Notes under the pieces: model-generated | What the model was told of the DNA's origin: nothing | What the model saw: only the letters and a program-made list of their open reading frames with translations | Databases searched by the model: none | Made by a program: the position numbers and the translations under genes | Shown: positions 37,636-46,324 of the stretch, one piece after another | Numbering within the stretch: the stretch's first letter is position 1 | Layout of the letters: every line of letters starts with the position of its first letter | From: a bacterium | GTDB taxonomy: Bacteria; Zixibacteria; MSB-5A5; GN15; FEB-12 | NCBI GenBank assembly: GCA_043819515.1 | Contig: JBDRES010000003.1 | Location: 2,522 to 66,521, forward strand | Reading direction: 5' to 3' | Length of the DNA: 64,000 nucleotides

Positions 37636-38682
37636 ATGGAGCTACCGTTCGACAAGATCCTCATTACCGGAGCCAGCGGCTCACTGGGCAGGCAGCTGGT
37701 GCACGATTTCACCCGGCTAGGTGTCCAGCCGATCGCGCAGGTTCGGGCCACCTCCAACATCACTTACCTTGAGCAGCATAAGTTGGAGCTGCGTCAGGCC
37801 GACTTTGGCCAGGACGCCGATCTGAGCCGATTGGTCGATGGGGTCGACGCCATTATTCACACGGCGGCCTGGGTCAATTTCCGTCGCGACCGGCTGACTC
37901 AGTTCACGCAGATCAACGCCCTGGCGGCCACCAACCTCTTTCGGTCGGCCCAGAAAGCGGGTGTCAAGCGGTTTGTGCACGTTTCCACAGTCGCTGCCGT
38001 GGGTGCGATGGAGCGGCGTCTGCTGATTGATAAGCAAGTCGTAGGTGACGCCTTCATTGCTGACGAGGACACCCCCTTCAACCTCGGCGGCCTGCGGATT
38101 CCTTACATAATGACCAAGCATGCGGCAGAATTGGAACTGCTCGAACTGGCCGACGAAGGTCGGACCGAGTTGGTGATAGTGAACCCATCGATAATCGTGG
38201 CCCCGTCGCGTTCCGGCGATGATCGCAGCAAAGCGCGCCGGCGACTGGGACGATGGATACTGCCGGATCTTGCCAATCGTGTCAATCTGGTCGACATCAG
38301 AGATGTTTCGAGCGGCATTGTGGCCGCTTTGGCAAAAGGCCGTCATCGACAGCGGTACATCCTGGGTGGCGACAACATTTCCGGCCGCGATCTCTTTTTG
38401 GCCATATCATCTCACCTGGACAAGACTCCGCATCTGGTAGGCATCCCGCGTCCCCTGCTGAATCTGGCGGCTCGGGCGGCGGTCTTTCTGAGCAAACTTA
38501 GAGGCCGGGCCAAGGTGTCGTTCTATCCCGATATTGTCCGTATGCTGGACTACGACTGGGCCTACTCATCGCTCAAGGCGCGGCGGGAGCTGGGCTATCG
38601 CAGCCGCTCGGTCCATGCATCACTGCAGGATCTTCTGACAAACAGCTTTTCGGGCACGTACATGAAACCGTCCCAGCCATAA
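37636..38682 (+). CDS. NAD-dependent epimerase/dehydratase (extended SDR), second copy
   Basis: ILITGASGSLGRQLV Rossmann motif and YIMTKHAAE (YxxxK). Confidence 0.75.
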   Translation: MELPFDKILITGASGSLGRQLVHDFTRLGVQPIAQVRATSNITYLEQHKLELRQADFGQDADLSRLVDGVDAIIHTAAWVNFRRDRLTQFTQINALAATNLFRSAQKAGVKRFVHVSTVAAVGAMERRLLIDKQVVGDAFIADEDTPFNLGGLRIPYIMTKHAAELELLELADEGRTELVIVNPSIIVAPSRSGDDRSKARRRLGRWILPDLANRVNLVDIRDVSSGIVAALAKGRHRQRYILGGDNISGRDLFLAISSHLDKTPHLVGIPRPLLNLAARAAVFLSKLRGRAKVSFYPDIVRMLDYDWAYSSLKARRELGYRSRSVHASLQDLLTNSFSGTYMKPSQP

Positions 38683-38763
38683 CTGGCCGGTTGCGTCGGG
38701 AAGGCGCCCACTCTATATTCTCCTGTCCACTGGATCCAACAACTCTATTACAAGGAGACTGCT

Positions 38764-39177
38764 ATGCGCAAGCTTGTTCTGCTGGTATGCATCGCGGCGA
38801 TTTTGCAATCTGGTCCGGGAGTGACCACGGCTTACTCCGGAATGATCCCATCCTGGGAAGCGTCATCAGGGAAGCTCGGTTTCTGGCCGATTTCCAATGA
38901 GGTTTCGGTGTATCACAACATCGATGATGCTGGTGACGATCGTGGCCAGACTTTGCAGATTGTCTCAATAAACTCGTTCCGACTTCTGACTTCGTTTAAC
39001 TTCGAGTTTACCGCCGACTACAACTTCGATCTAACGCCGGGGCTCAACCGAGATCATTATATCGAGCTATCACTGGTCAAGCCGGTGACACCGCTTCTTA
39101 GTGTCAATGTGCAGCGGGTCATCTCAACCTTCGAGGAACAGTCGATCAATCAGCTTGGCTTTCGTTTGGTGTTTTAG
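38764..39177 (+). CDS. Small secreted beta-rich protein ending in aromatic residue (possible outer-membrane beta-barrel-like)
   Basis: Signal peptide MRKLVLLVCIAAILQSG. Alternating hydrophobic pattern (FEFTADYNFDL, YIELSLV). The C-terminus GFRLVF ends in Phe, as in many OM proteins. I recognise no family. Confidence 0.45.
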   Translation: MRKLVLLVCIAAILQSGPGVTTAYSGMIPSWEASSGKLGFWPISNEVSVYHNIDDAGDDRGQTLQIVSINSFRLLTSFNFEFTADYNFDLTPGLNRDHYIELSLVKPVTPLLSVNVQRVISTFEEQSINQLGFRLVF

Positions 39178-39253
39178 CCGCTGCTCGTTTGATCGACAAT
39201 GTAAAGAACTGTCCGACAACCGACACCTGGTCGCCCCGCCAAAGGCATCTTGC

Positions 39254-39282
39254 TTGCTAAGGCGGGGCGGCCGTCTTATAAT
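39254..39282 (+). promoter_or_regulatory. Sigma-70-like promoter candidate upstream of DUF362 gene
   Basis: TTGCTA (39254..39259), 17-nt spacer, TATAAT (39277..39282). The -10 box ends only 9 nt before ATG 39292, so the mRNA would be almost leaderless. Confidence 0.3.
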
Positions 39283-39291
39283 ACGTCAGCT

Positions 39292-40245
39292 ATGCAGCGC
39301 CGCGACTTTATCAAAAAAACAACCTCGGCCATCGCTCTGGCCGCCACCACCGGTGGCGTGGGGTGGGTATTTCACAATCGCGAGCCGGCGGCCTACGAGA
39401 CCCCGCTGGCGGCCAGCCTGTCCTTTGGTGTCGCTGACGATCCCCGGCTGCCGCGCCTCACACTGGCCCACAACGAAAATCCCGCGTCAGCCCTCAACGC
39501 TGCTCTGGATGCTATCGGCGGCATTCGTCGCTTTGTCCGGCCGGGAGAACGAGTGGTGATAAAGCCGAACGTCGGATGGGATCGCACGGCGGCGCAGGCG
39601 GCCAATACCAATCCTGATCTGGTCGGGCAGGTGGTGCGGCTATGTCTGGATGCCGGAGCGCGCGAAGTTGTTGTGACCGATGTCACCTGCAACGACCCGC
39701 GACGGTGTTTTTTGCGATCGGGCATCAGCGAGGCCGCCGAGGCAGCGGGCGGGCTGGTCAGACTGCCGACCGATGAGGACTATGAAACAGTTGATCTGGG
39801 CGGCGAGTTGCTGACCGGTTGGCCGGTGCTGAAGCATTTCCTGCATGCCGATCGCATGATCAACATGCCGGTGGTGAAACACCATTCGCTGACCGGCGGC
39901 ACTATCGGCCTGAAGAATCTATATGGCATCATCGGTGGTCATCGCAACCAGTTACACCAGCAGATCGATCAATCAATAGTGGATCTGGCGAATTTCTGTC
40001 GACCGACTTTGACTATTGTCGACGCTACCCGCGTCTTGCTTCGAGGCGGACCGCAGGGCGGCTCGCTCGATGATGTCGAGATCAAGAATACCGTTATGTG
40101 TGCTACCGATCCGGTTGCGGCCGATTCGCGCGCGGCCGAGTTCCTGGGCCGTCAGGGCGACACCATCGGGCATGTCGTTTTGGCCCAGAGGGCCGGACTG
40201 GGAAATCTTGACTACCGCCAGGCAGGCTACCAAGAGGTAGGCTGA
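39292..40245 (+). CDS. DUF362-domain protein with twin-arginine-type leader
   Basis: I place the start at ATG 39292. MQRRDFIKKTTSAIALAATTGGVGW has an RR-x-F-(I/L)-K motif plus an h-region. DUF362 blocks are RVVIKPNVGW...TNPDLV..VV and VVKHHSLTGGTIGLKNLYG...LTIVDA. Confidence 0.75.
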   Translation: MQRRDFIKKTTSAIALAATTGGVGWVFHNREPAAYETPLAASLSFGVADDPRLPRLTLAHNENPASALNAALDAIGGIRRFVRPGERVVIKPNVGWDRTAAQAANTNPDLVGQVVRLCLDAGAREVVVTDVTCNDPRRCFLRSGISEAAEAAGGLVRLPTDEDYETVDLGGELLTGWPVLKHFLHADRMINMPVVKHHSLTGGTIGLKNLYGIIGGHRNQLHQQIDQSIVDLANFCRPTLTIVDATRVLLRGGPQGGSLDDVEIKNTVMCATDPVAADSRAAEFLGRQGDTIGHVVLAQRAGLGNLDYRQAGYQEVG

Positions 40246-41930
40246 TGAGCATTCGCACGGTCAGGACTCTCAGACGTGTCTCCCAGGTTTTGTTTTTTGC
40301 GATTTTCTTCTGGCTAATACTCAAGACCAACTTCGACCCCGGGGCAAGCCTTAAGGAAGGGGCTGAAATCGCGTTGCCTTACCCGGTGAGTATCGGGCTG
40401 GAGTTTGATCCACTGGTGGCGCTGACGACCCTTCTGGCCAACGGGACGCTGTACAAGGGTTTGTTTTGGTCATTGGTGATATTGATTCCGACAATATTCC
40501 TGGGCCGGTTTTTCTGCGGCTGGGTGTGCCCGATGGGATCACTAAACCACTGGCTGTCGGAGATCCGCTCGGAGCGGATTGTTTATCGCGGCAAGGGGAA
40601 GATGGCCAGGAACCGCTATCACTGGTACCAGCGGATAAAATACTATGTTTTCTTTTTTGTCGTGGCGGCGGCTTTGACCGGAAGTCTGCTATCTGGTCTG
40701 TTGGACCCGCTGCCGCTCCTGGCTCGGTCCCTGGGCACGGTAGTACTGCCGACTCTGCACTCGACCTCGGTGGGTATTCTGGGGTGGATCAAATCACTGG
40801 GCTGGCCGCCGCTTTCAGGATTCGCTCAAGCGGCATACGACATGATCGCGCCGCTGATTTTGAACTTCCGCCTGGTGCACTTCCATACCGTCATCACGAT
40901 CGGCACTTTCTTTGTTCTGATATTGCTGGCCAACCGCATCTTCACCAGGTTTTGGTGCCGGGCGTTGTGTCCGTTGGGAGCCATGTTGGGGCTGTTCTCC
41001 CGGTTTGCAATACTCGGCCTGAAAAAAGATGAAGCGACCTGCGACCATTGCAATCTCTGCCTGCTGCACTGCCAGGGGGCCGACAATCCCGATGTGGGTA
41101 CCAAGTGGCGCCAGGCGGAGTGTCATCTTTGTTTGAACTGTCAGGCTGTTTGTCCTCGCAATTCGCTCAGCTTTGAGTTCTTTCCAGATCATCAGTCCAG
41201 TCGCGTCAATCCGCTGCCGCTGAACACTATCGATGTCTCGCGACGTAAAGCTGCAGCCTCGATTGCGGCCGGGCTGGTGGCGGTGCCATTTTTGCGTTCG
41301 GGGGATGCCTTCGAAGCCAATCCCAGCCCCTTCTTGATACGGCCGCCGGGAGCGGTGATCGAGGCGGATTTCCTGGCCCGCTGCATTCGCTGCGGTCAAT
41401 GTATGCGGGTTTGCCCCAACAATGCCCTTCATCCGACTTTGCTGCAATCCGGCGCGGAGGGAATCTGGACGCCGCTTCTCATCCCTCGCATCGGGTATTG
41501 CGAACCGACTTGTACCCTCTGCGGCGAGGTCTGCCCGACCGGAGCCATCCTGCCGCTCACGATCAAGCAGAAGGTTGGCGATGAGGACCAACCCCCCAAC
41601 CGGATCGGCACCGCCTTTTTTGATCGCGGTCGCTGTCTGCCCTGGGCGATGGCCAAACCCTGCATTGTCTGCGAGGAGTGGTGCCCGACTTCGCCCAAGG
41701 CCATCTATATCAAAGAAGAATCCGTCACCGATCGCACCGGCCGATCGGTGGTCGTCAAGCGACCGCAAGTGGATCCGGACTTGTGTACCGGCTGCGGCGC
41801 TTGTGAATTCGCCTGTCCCGTGATTGATCGGCCGGCGGTCTACGTCACGAGTGTTGGCGAGTCCCGATCACCCCAGAGGCAGCTCCTGTTGGAGCGCTCG
41901 CGCCAGCCGGCCCCGGACCGTAGTCTCTAA
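40245..41930 (+). CDS. Integral-membrane polyferredoxin (NapH/MauN-like 4Fe-4S binding protein)
   Basis: Start overlaps the upstream stop (TGATG). Several TM helices carry FFCGWVCPMGS and FWCRALCPLGA motifs. Ferredoxin motifs are CDHCNLCLLHC, CHLCLNCQAVCP, CIRCGQCMRVCP, CTLCGEVCP, CIVCEEWCP and CTGCGACEFACP. Confidence 0.8.
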   Translation: MSIRTVRTLRRVSQVLFFAIFFWLILKTNFDPGASLKEGAEIALPYPVSIGLEFDPLVALTTLLANGTLYKGLFWSLVILIPTIFLGRFFCGWVCPMGSLNHWLSEIRSERIVYRGKGKMARNRYHWYQRIKYYVFFFVVAAALTGSLLSGLLDPLPLLARSLGTVVLPTLHSTSVGILGWIKSLGWPPLSGFAQAAYDMIAPLILNFRLVHFHTVITIGTFFVLILLANRIFTRFWCRALCPLGAMLGLFSRFAILGLKKDEATCDHCNLCLLHCQGADNPDVGTKWRQAECHLCLNCQAVCPRNSLSFEFFPDHQSSRVNPLPLNTIDVSRRKAAASIAAGLVAVPFLRSGDAFEANPSPFLIRPPGAVIEADFLARCIRCGQCMRVCPNNALHPTLLQSGAEGIWTPLLIPRIGYCEPTCTLCGEVCPTGAILPLTIKQKVGDEDQPPNRIGTAFFDRGRCLPWAMAKPCIVCEEWCPTSPKAIYIKEESVTDRTGRSVVVKRPQVDPDLCTGCGACEFACPVIDRPAVYVTSVGESRSPQRQLLLERSRQPAPDRSL

Positions 41931-41970
41931 GAGTAATCAAATTCCGGCGGCAATACACAGGCTTCCAGAC

Positions 41971-44148
41971 TCAGCCCTGGCGACGACCTACAAATGTTAC
42001 CACCGCAACTATAACACCCAATCCGGCCAGGATGCCGGTGACACCTACTTGCGGCAGCAATATCGTCAAAGTAAACAGGGCGCCTGCGGCCGAGCCGACC
42101 AGATCCCAGGCGTAACTGACGCCGCGGTTGGCGTCAAACCTGTCACCGTACATCAGGCTACTCCCCACAACAAAGAGGGAGCCGGTGGCCAGCCCCAGAG
42201 TTACCAGCGTCAGCGAGTAATAGACCAGGGCGGTGTCAGCCGTGATCAGGTGCCAGGTGGTGGCCAGAAGGACTATCACCAACAACAACAGACCAACTCC
42301 CCACGCAGGTCTTGAGCGGAGGGGGTACGTGATCGAAGTATAGGTGCCCAGGGCCAGACCCAGCATGAAGGCACCAAACAGGACACCCAGGTCGGTATGT
42401 AAGGCGCCGGCGGTACTCTGGTACAGGTAGACTACTACCAGCTCGACAGCGATTGATCCAAACCCGGCCAGAAGCAGCAATGATCGGCCCATTGAGTTGG
42501 TCGGTATTCGTGCACGGCACAGAGGGCCGAGCACAACCAAGGCCAGCAATGCGATCAGGATCGGCCCGAGCCAGGTCTTCGACAGCGGACTGACCAAAGC
42601 CTGTGCCAGTGGTTTGGTCTGTGCCTGGTGTTGCAGATGAATCGACATGAGTGTCGGGCGTTCCCGACTGTTGGTCCGGGTCGGTTTTGATATCGCCGCC
42701 AGGAGTCGCTCGCTGGGCATCGGACTCAACTGATCGATCAGGTAGTCGTCCCTCACGTAGCGCGGTTGGTATGGCATAGCTGCCAGGCGGGCCGTGAGAG
42801 TATCGACCGGGATGCTCAACTCGCGATCGGTGCTCGCCCAAATGATCGTCGACGTGCCCGGCCAGCAGCCGACCCCAGGGAAAACATCAGCAACCGTATG
42901 GTAAACGGTGGCCACCGCCGCCTGGGTAGCCTGCGACAGATAGCGTTCGGTGTCATAGGGCAGGATGATCGACAGCAGTCCGTCCGCCGCCAGCTGTCCC
43001 TTAATTTGTTGCAACGCCGATCGGTTCAGGAGGCGTCCTCCGGTGTAGGTATCCAGCGGACCGGGTCGCAAAATGATGATGTCATAAGTTTCACGACCCT
43101 GTTGACGACCCAAGTATGACAGTGGATCATCGCTGATCCGCGTGAGCCGGGTGCCGGCTGGAGCGAGATCCTGCCAGAAACGTTGGACTTTGCGCCGTGG
43201 ATCACAGATCACCAGCTCTCGGCGATTATGCCCTTTGGTTATCGCCGCCACCAAACCATCGACGCTGCCATCGATGAATATCCGCTCGGCCTCAGGATGC
43301 ATCAGCAGCGATGGCAGGATAATGGTTTCAGCCTGGTTGGTGTCGGATACGATCGCCTCGGTCCGATTATTGGTGACGACAAAGACCTGTTCATCCCGCC
43401 GGGCTATGATCTGATGCGAGTATGGCGTATCAAACGACTCCAGGACTTCAAACGGGCGACAGCAGGCGGAATCCAGAGATTCGACCATCTCTGGTGCCTG
43501 GGCTGCCCACGCAAAGGCCAGGAGAGCAAACATGGCTGCGCCGATCGCGGTAGACAAACTGAGCAGGGGCGAGGTCCAACGGATTCCAAACATGGTCACG
43601 GTACAAACCATGAGGACGCTGTACCAATCATTGACCAGGCCGGTCAGTATTGTAACGGTCAATCCGGCAACAAAGGCTCCCAGGCCCTCCCACAGATAAA
43701 CCTGCGCGACTCCTGTGGCTGGACGCCAAGCCATTCTGGCCGCCTCGGCAAACATCCAGCCGCACAAAGAACCGACTGGAAGCATAGCCACAAATGCGGT
43801 AGCGGCGGCGGTGGCCAAGTCAATCTCCTCAAAGACAATACTTGATATGAGGCGTGGCGACATCCGTACCAGAGTGAAGCAGAATACTAAAATAACCCCG
43901 GCCGCGCTGGTCAGGATCGGCATTGATCGGGCCTTGCGGGCCATGCCGCCTATTGCCGCCCCGACCGCGACAGCGAGCAACCAGCCGGTCAGGCCGAAAC
44001 CGATCAGGATCTCGCTGCCACCGAAGGTGGCTGTTGTTTGGCGCAGCAGAATGACCTGCGCTCCGAGCGAAAACCAGCCAATCAAGAAGGCATACTGTCT
44101 AAGCGGGGCTTTCATTTGGTCACCACGTTGCCCAAAACCGACTCTCAT
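41971..44148 (-). CDS. Fused MFS-like polytopic membrane domain / spermidine-synthase-like (class I MTase fold) protein
   Basis: About 7 N-terminal and about 6 C-terminal TM helices flank a soluble domain with SpeE-like blocks (YSHQII, RIFIDGSVDGLV, YDIIILRPGPLDTYTGGRLL). The GxGxG motif is degenerate. An alternative start exists at ATG 44115. Confidence 0.6.
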   Translation of the reverse strand: MRVGFGQRGDQMKAPLRQYAFLIGWFSLGAQVILLRQTTATFGGSEILIGFGLTGWLLAVAVGAAIGGMARKARSMPILTSAAGVILVFCFTLVRMSPRLISSIVFEEIDLATAAATAFVAMLPVGSLCGWMFAEAARMAWRPATGVAQVYLWEGLGAFVAGLTVTILTGLVNDWYSVLMVCTVTMFGIRWTSPLLSLSTAIGAAMFALLAFAWAAQAPEMVESLDSACCRPFEVLESFDTPYSHQIIARRDEQVFVVTNNRTEAIVSDTNQAETIILPSLLMHPEAERIFIDGSVDGLVAAITKGHNRRELVICDPRRKVQRFWQDLAPAGTRLTRISDDPLSYLGRQQGRETYDIIILRPGPLDTYTGGRLLNRSALQQIKGQLAADGLLSIILPYDTERYLSQATQAAVATVYHTVADVFPGVGCWPGTSTIIWASTDRELSIPVDTLTARLAAMPYQPRYVRDDYLIDQLSPMPSERLLAAISKPTRTNSRERPTLMSIHLQHQAQTKPLAQALVSPLSKTWLGPILIALLALVVLGPLCRARIPTNSMGRSLLLLAGFGSIAVELVVVYLYQSTAGALHTDLGVLFGAFMLGLALGTYTSITYPLRSRPAWGVGLLLLVIVLLATTWHLITADTALVYYSLTLVTLGLATGSLFVVGSSLMYGDRFDANRGVSYAWDLVGSAAGALFTLTILLPQVGVTGILAGLGVIVAVVTFVGRRQG

Positions 44149-44157
44149 CCATCACTA

Positions 44158-45303
44158 TCAAAACCGGCCGACAATCTTGTGTCCGCACTGGCGACAATGG
44201 CCGGCATCGATGCCGACCAATCTGGTTTTGTAGCCGCGGCGTTCGACAATCATCTGGCCGCACCTGGGACAATAAGTCGACTCGGCCCGATGCTCAGGGA
44301 CGTTCCCCAAATAGACATATTCCAGTCCCTCGGATCGGCAGGCATCGTAGGCCCGTTCCAAGGTTGCCAGGGGAGTCTTGGGCAAATCCCGCAGAAGATA
44401 CTGGGGATGGAAGCGGCTGAAGTGAAGGGGTGTGTCAGTGCCCAGATGGCGCTTGATCCAGCGGGCCAACTCGGTGAACTCGGCCTCCGAATCATTCAGC
44501 GTCGGCACTACCAGGTAGACTATTTCCAACCACACCCCGGCCGCTTTGATTTGCTCCAGCGCCTTGAGCACCGGATCTAGTTCGCCGTGGACCACGTCAC
44601 GGTAATACTTCTGACGAATCGCCTTGAGATCGACCTTGATGGCATCAACTACCAGCAGTAGTTCGGCCAGCGGCTTGGTCTCAATATAACCACCGGTGAT
44701 GACTGCCGACCTGATCCCGGCGGTTCGAGCCAGCACCGCAATATCAAACATATACTCGTAAAAAACCACCGGCTCCGAATAGGTATAAGCGATGTTTGGA
44801 ATCTGCCGTTGCCGACAAGTTTCTACTATCTGCTGAGGCGTCAGGCGGTAGTTCTGCGTCTGTTCCGGTCGCGACTGTGAAATCTCCCAGTTCTGGCAGA
44901 ATTTGCAGTTGACATTGCACCCGGCGGTGGCCAGTGAGAAGGCTGTCGTGCCCGGATAAAAGTGATACAGCGGTTTCTTCTCAATAGGATCGATGTTTAC
45001 CGCGCAGGGCAAACCGTAGACCAACGTAAAATACTCATCGTTGCGGTTTTCACGAACACCGCAAAAGCCGCGCTCGACGTCGGTCACATAGCAGTGGCGA
45101 GGGCAGAGACCGCATTCGATGCCACCCTCGTCCAATTTCTTGTAATGCCGGGCAGGTACGGATGAGAGCTCATTCCCCAGATCAAAGGCACACGCGTTTT
45201 CAATGCCGCCCAGCATCTCCGGCCACATATCCGTCTGAGCGGCGGCTGTCACCGCCGCCGTACACCCCATGCATTTCAGGAATTGCCGCCGCCGCATCAC
45301 CAC
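44158..45303 (-). CDS. AmmeMemoRadiSam system radical SAM enzyme with twin-arginine-type N-terminus
   Basis: ECGLCPRHCYV...GFCGVREN...DPIEKKPLYHFYPG...GCNVNCKFCQNWEISQ is the TIGR04337-like pattern with a CxxxCxxC cluster. The N-terminus is MVMRRRQFLKCMGCTAAVTAAAQ. There is a C-terminal CPRCGQ...CRQCGH pair. The start overlaps the upstream DUF362 stop by 7 nt. Confidence 0.85.
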   Translation of the reverse strand: MVMRRRQFLKCMGCTAAVTAAAQTDMWPEMLGGIENACAFDLGNELSSVPARHYKKLDEGGIECGLCPRHCYVTDVERGFCGVRENRNDEYFTLVYGLPCAVNIDPIEKKPLYHFYPGTTAFSLATAGCNVNCKFCQNWEISQSRPEQTQNYRLTPQQIVETCRQRQIPNIAYTYSEPVVFYEYMFDIAVLARTAGIRSAVITGGYIETKPLAELLLVVDAIKVDLKAIRQKYYRDVVHGELDPVLKALEQIKAAGVWLEIVYLVVPTLNDSEAEFTELARWIKRHLGTDTPLHFSRFHPQYLLRDLPKTPLATLERAYDACRSEGLEYVYLGNVPEHRAESTYCPRCGQMIVERRGYKTRLVGIDAGHCRQCGHKIVGRF

Positions 45304-46217
45304 AACTCCCCGGCGACAAGTCGCCCGTCATCACGAAGTACTCTCACTTCCAGGTCGATTTGATCCATCTGAGCAGTGCCCAGCCCCAGAAACTCGGCCG
45401 AGCTTAGGTATTTTGCCGGACGACCGCTTGCCTCCAACGTGGGCAGGCCGTGACTTGTCCGCAGATGTTCTAAGATCGTCAGCCCAACTATATCGGCGGC
45501 GACAGGATCCTTAGACAGAACAATCCCGCCATACCAGGCCACATGCTTGGGGCTGTAACCCGGACCGCGATGGTATTGCACACTGACTGCGTCGACAACC
45601 GTCAGCCGCTGAGTCTTCTTGATCGGGGCCAGGTTATTGACATGGGCGACATGCGGGTCGCAGTTGTTGTCGTGGTATTTGTTGGGGTTGTTGATGGCGC
45701 CGTACATGTTTTTCAGACCGCACGACAATCCCGCCAGCGAATGATCCTTTAGGATCGGCAGGTTGATATTGGAGTTCACCGTTTCTGTCAAAATGCTGCT
45801 AACCAGACTGTTCACTTCACCCGAGGTATAGAAGTAGTGTGAATAGCCGGTCGGATGAGCATCGGTGCCCAGGCAGCGACGGCCAAATGAAGCCGCATTG
45901 AGTTTGAAGCCTGCCTGGCGCAATTCCTGGCTGGTCCGTTCCCAAACAATCAGATCGTTGGCGGCCCAGCCTGATTCCTCCAGGAGATCACTCAGCGCAT
46001 CTGCCAGCGCGACCGAAGTAGAGTTCTTGTCGTGGGCGACGCAGTTGGGTTTCATACCGACCGGCCCCCCGGGCAACAGCTCGTGCAAAGCGGTCGAGAC
46101 ATCGGCCGCGCTGCACAACAGCTTCAGTCCCGACTCAAGGAGCTGACGGTAATCGTTTCGGGCGAAAGGGATCGGTTCTCCCGATACCGCCCGGCGAATG
46201 ACTACGACGCGACTCAT
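45297..46217 (-). CDS. DUF362-domain protein (no leader)
   Basis: VGMKPNCVAHD...ILKDHSLAGLSCGLKNMYGAINNP...LTVVDAVSVQYHRGPG follows the same block order as the 39292 paralogue. Confidence 0.7.
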   Translation of the reverse strand: MSRVVVIRRAVSGEPIPFARNDYRQLLESGLKLLCSAADVSTALHELLPGGPVGMKPNCVAHDKNSTSVALADALSDLLEESGWAANDLIVWERTSQELRQAGFKLNAASFGRRCLGTDAHPTGYSHYFYTSGEVNSLVSSILTETVNSNINLPILKDHSLAGLSCGLKNMYGAINNPNKYHDNNCDPHVAHVNNLAPIKKTQRLTVVDAVSVQYHRGPGYSPKHVAWYGGIVLSKDPVAADIVGLTILEHLRTSHGLPTLEASGRPAKYLSSAEFLGLGTAQMDQIDLEVRVLRDDGRLVAGELW

Positions 46218-46265
46218 ACTACCAAACTACACCATGAGCTCCGCCCAGGCAAAAACCTTTTTGGC

Positions 46266-46294
46266 TTGACCGCCGCCGATGAGATGTCTATTGT
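46266..46294 (+). promoter_or_regulatory. Sigma-70-like promoter candidate for the second MEMO-AMMECR1 fusion
   Basis: TTGACC (46266..46271), 17-nt spacer, TATTGT (46289..46294), then TGATAAT immediately downstream. It lies in the 107-bp divergent intergenic region. Confidence 0.35.
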
Positions 46295-46324
46295 GATAAT
46301 AAGCGAATCCCAAGCGAGTACCCA

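Noticed and set aside
40815-41768. 317-aa minus-strand ORF
   Set aside because: It is antisense to the polyferredoxin gene, whose frame is fixed by multiple CxxCxxCxxxCP motifs.
42236-43845. ORFs 42236..42841 (-, other frame), 42766..43119 (+) and 43183..43845 (+)
   Set aside because: They overlap the MFS/SpeE-like gene, whose frame gives coherent TM helices and a SpeE-like core. The alternatives are low-complexity Arg/Gly/Pro.
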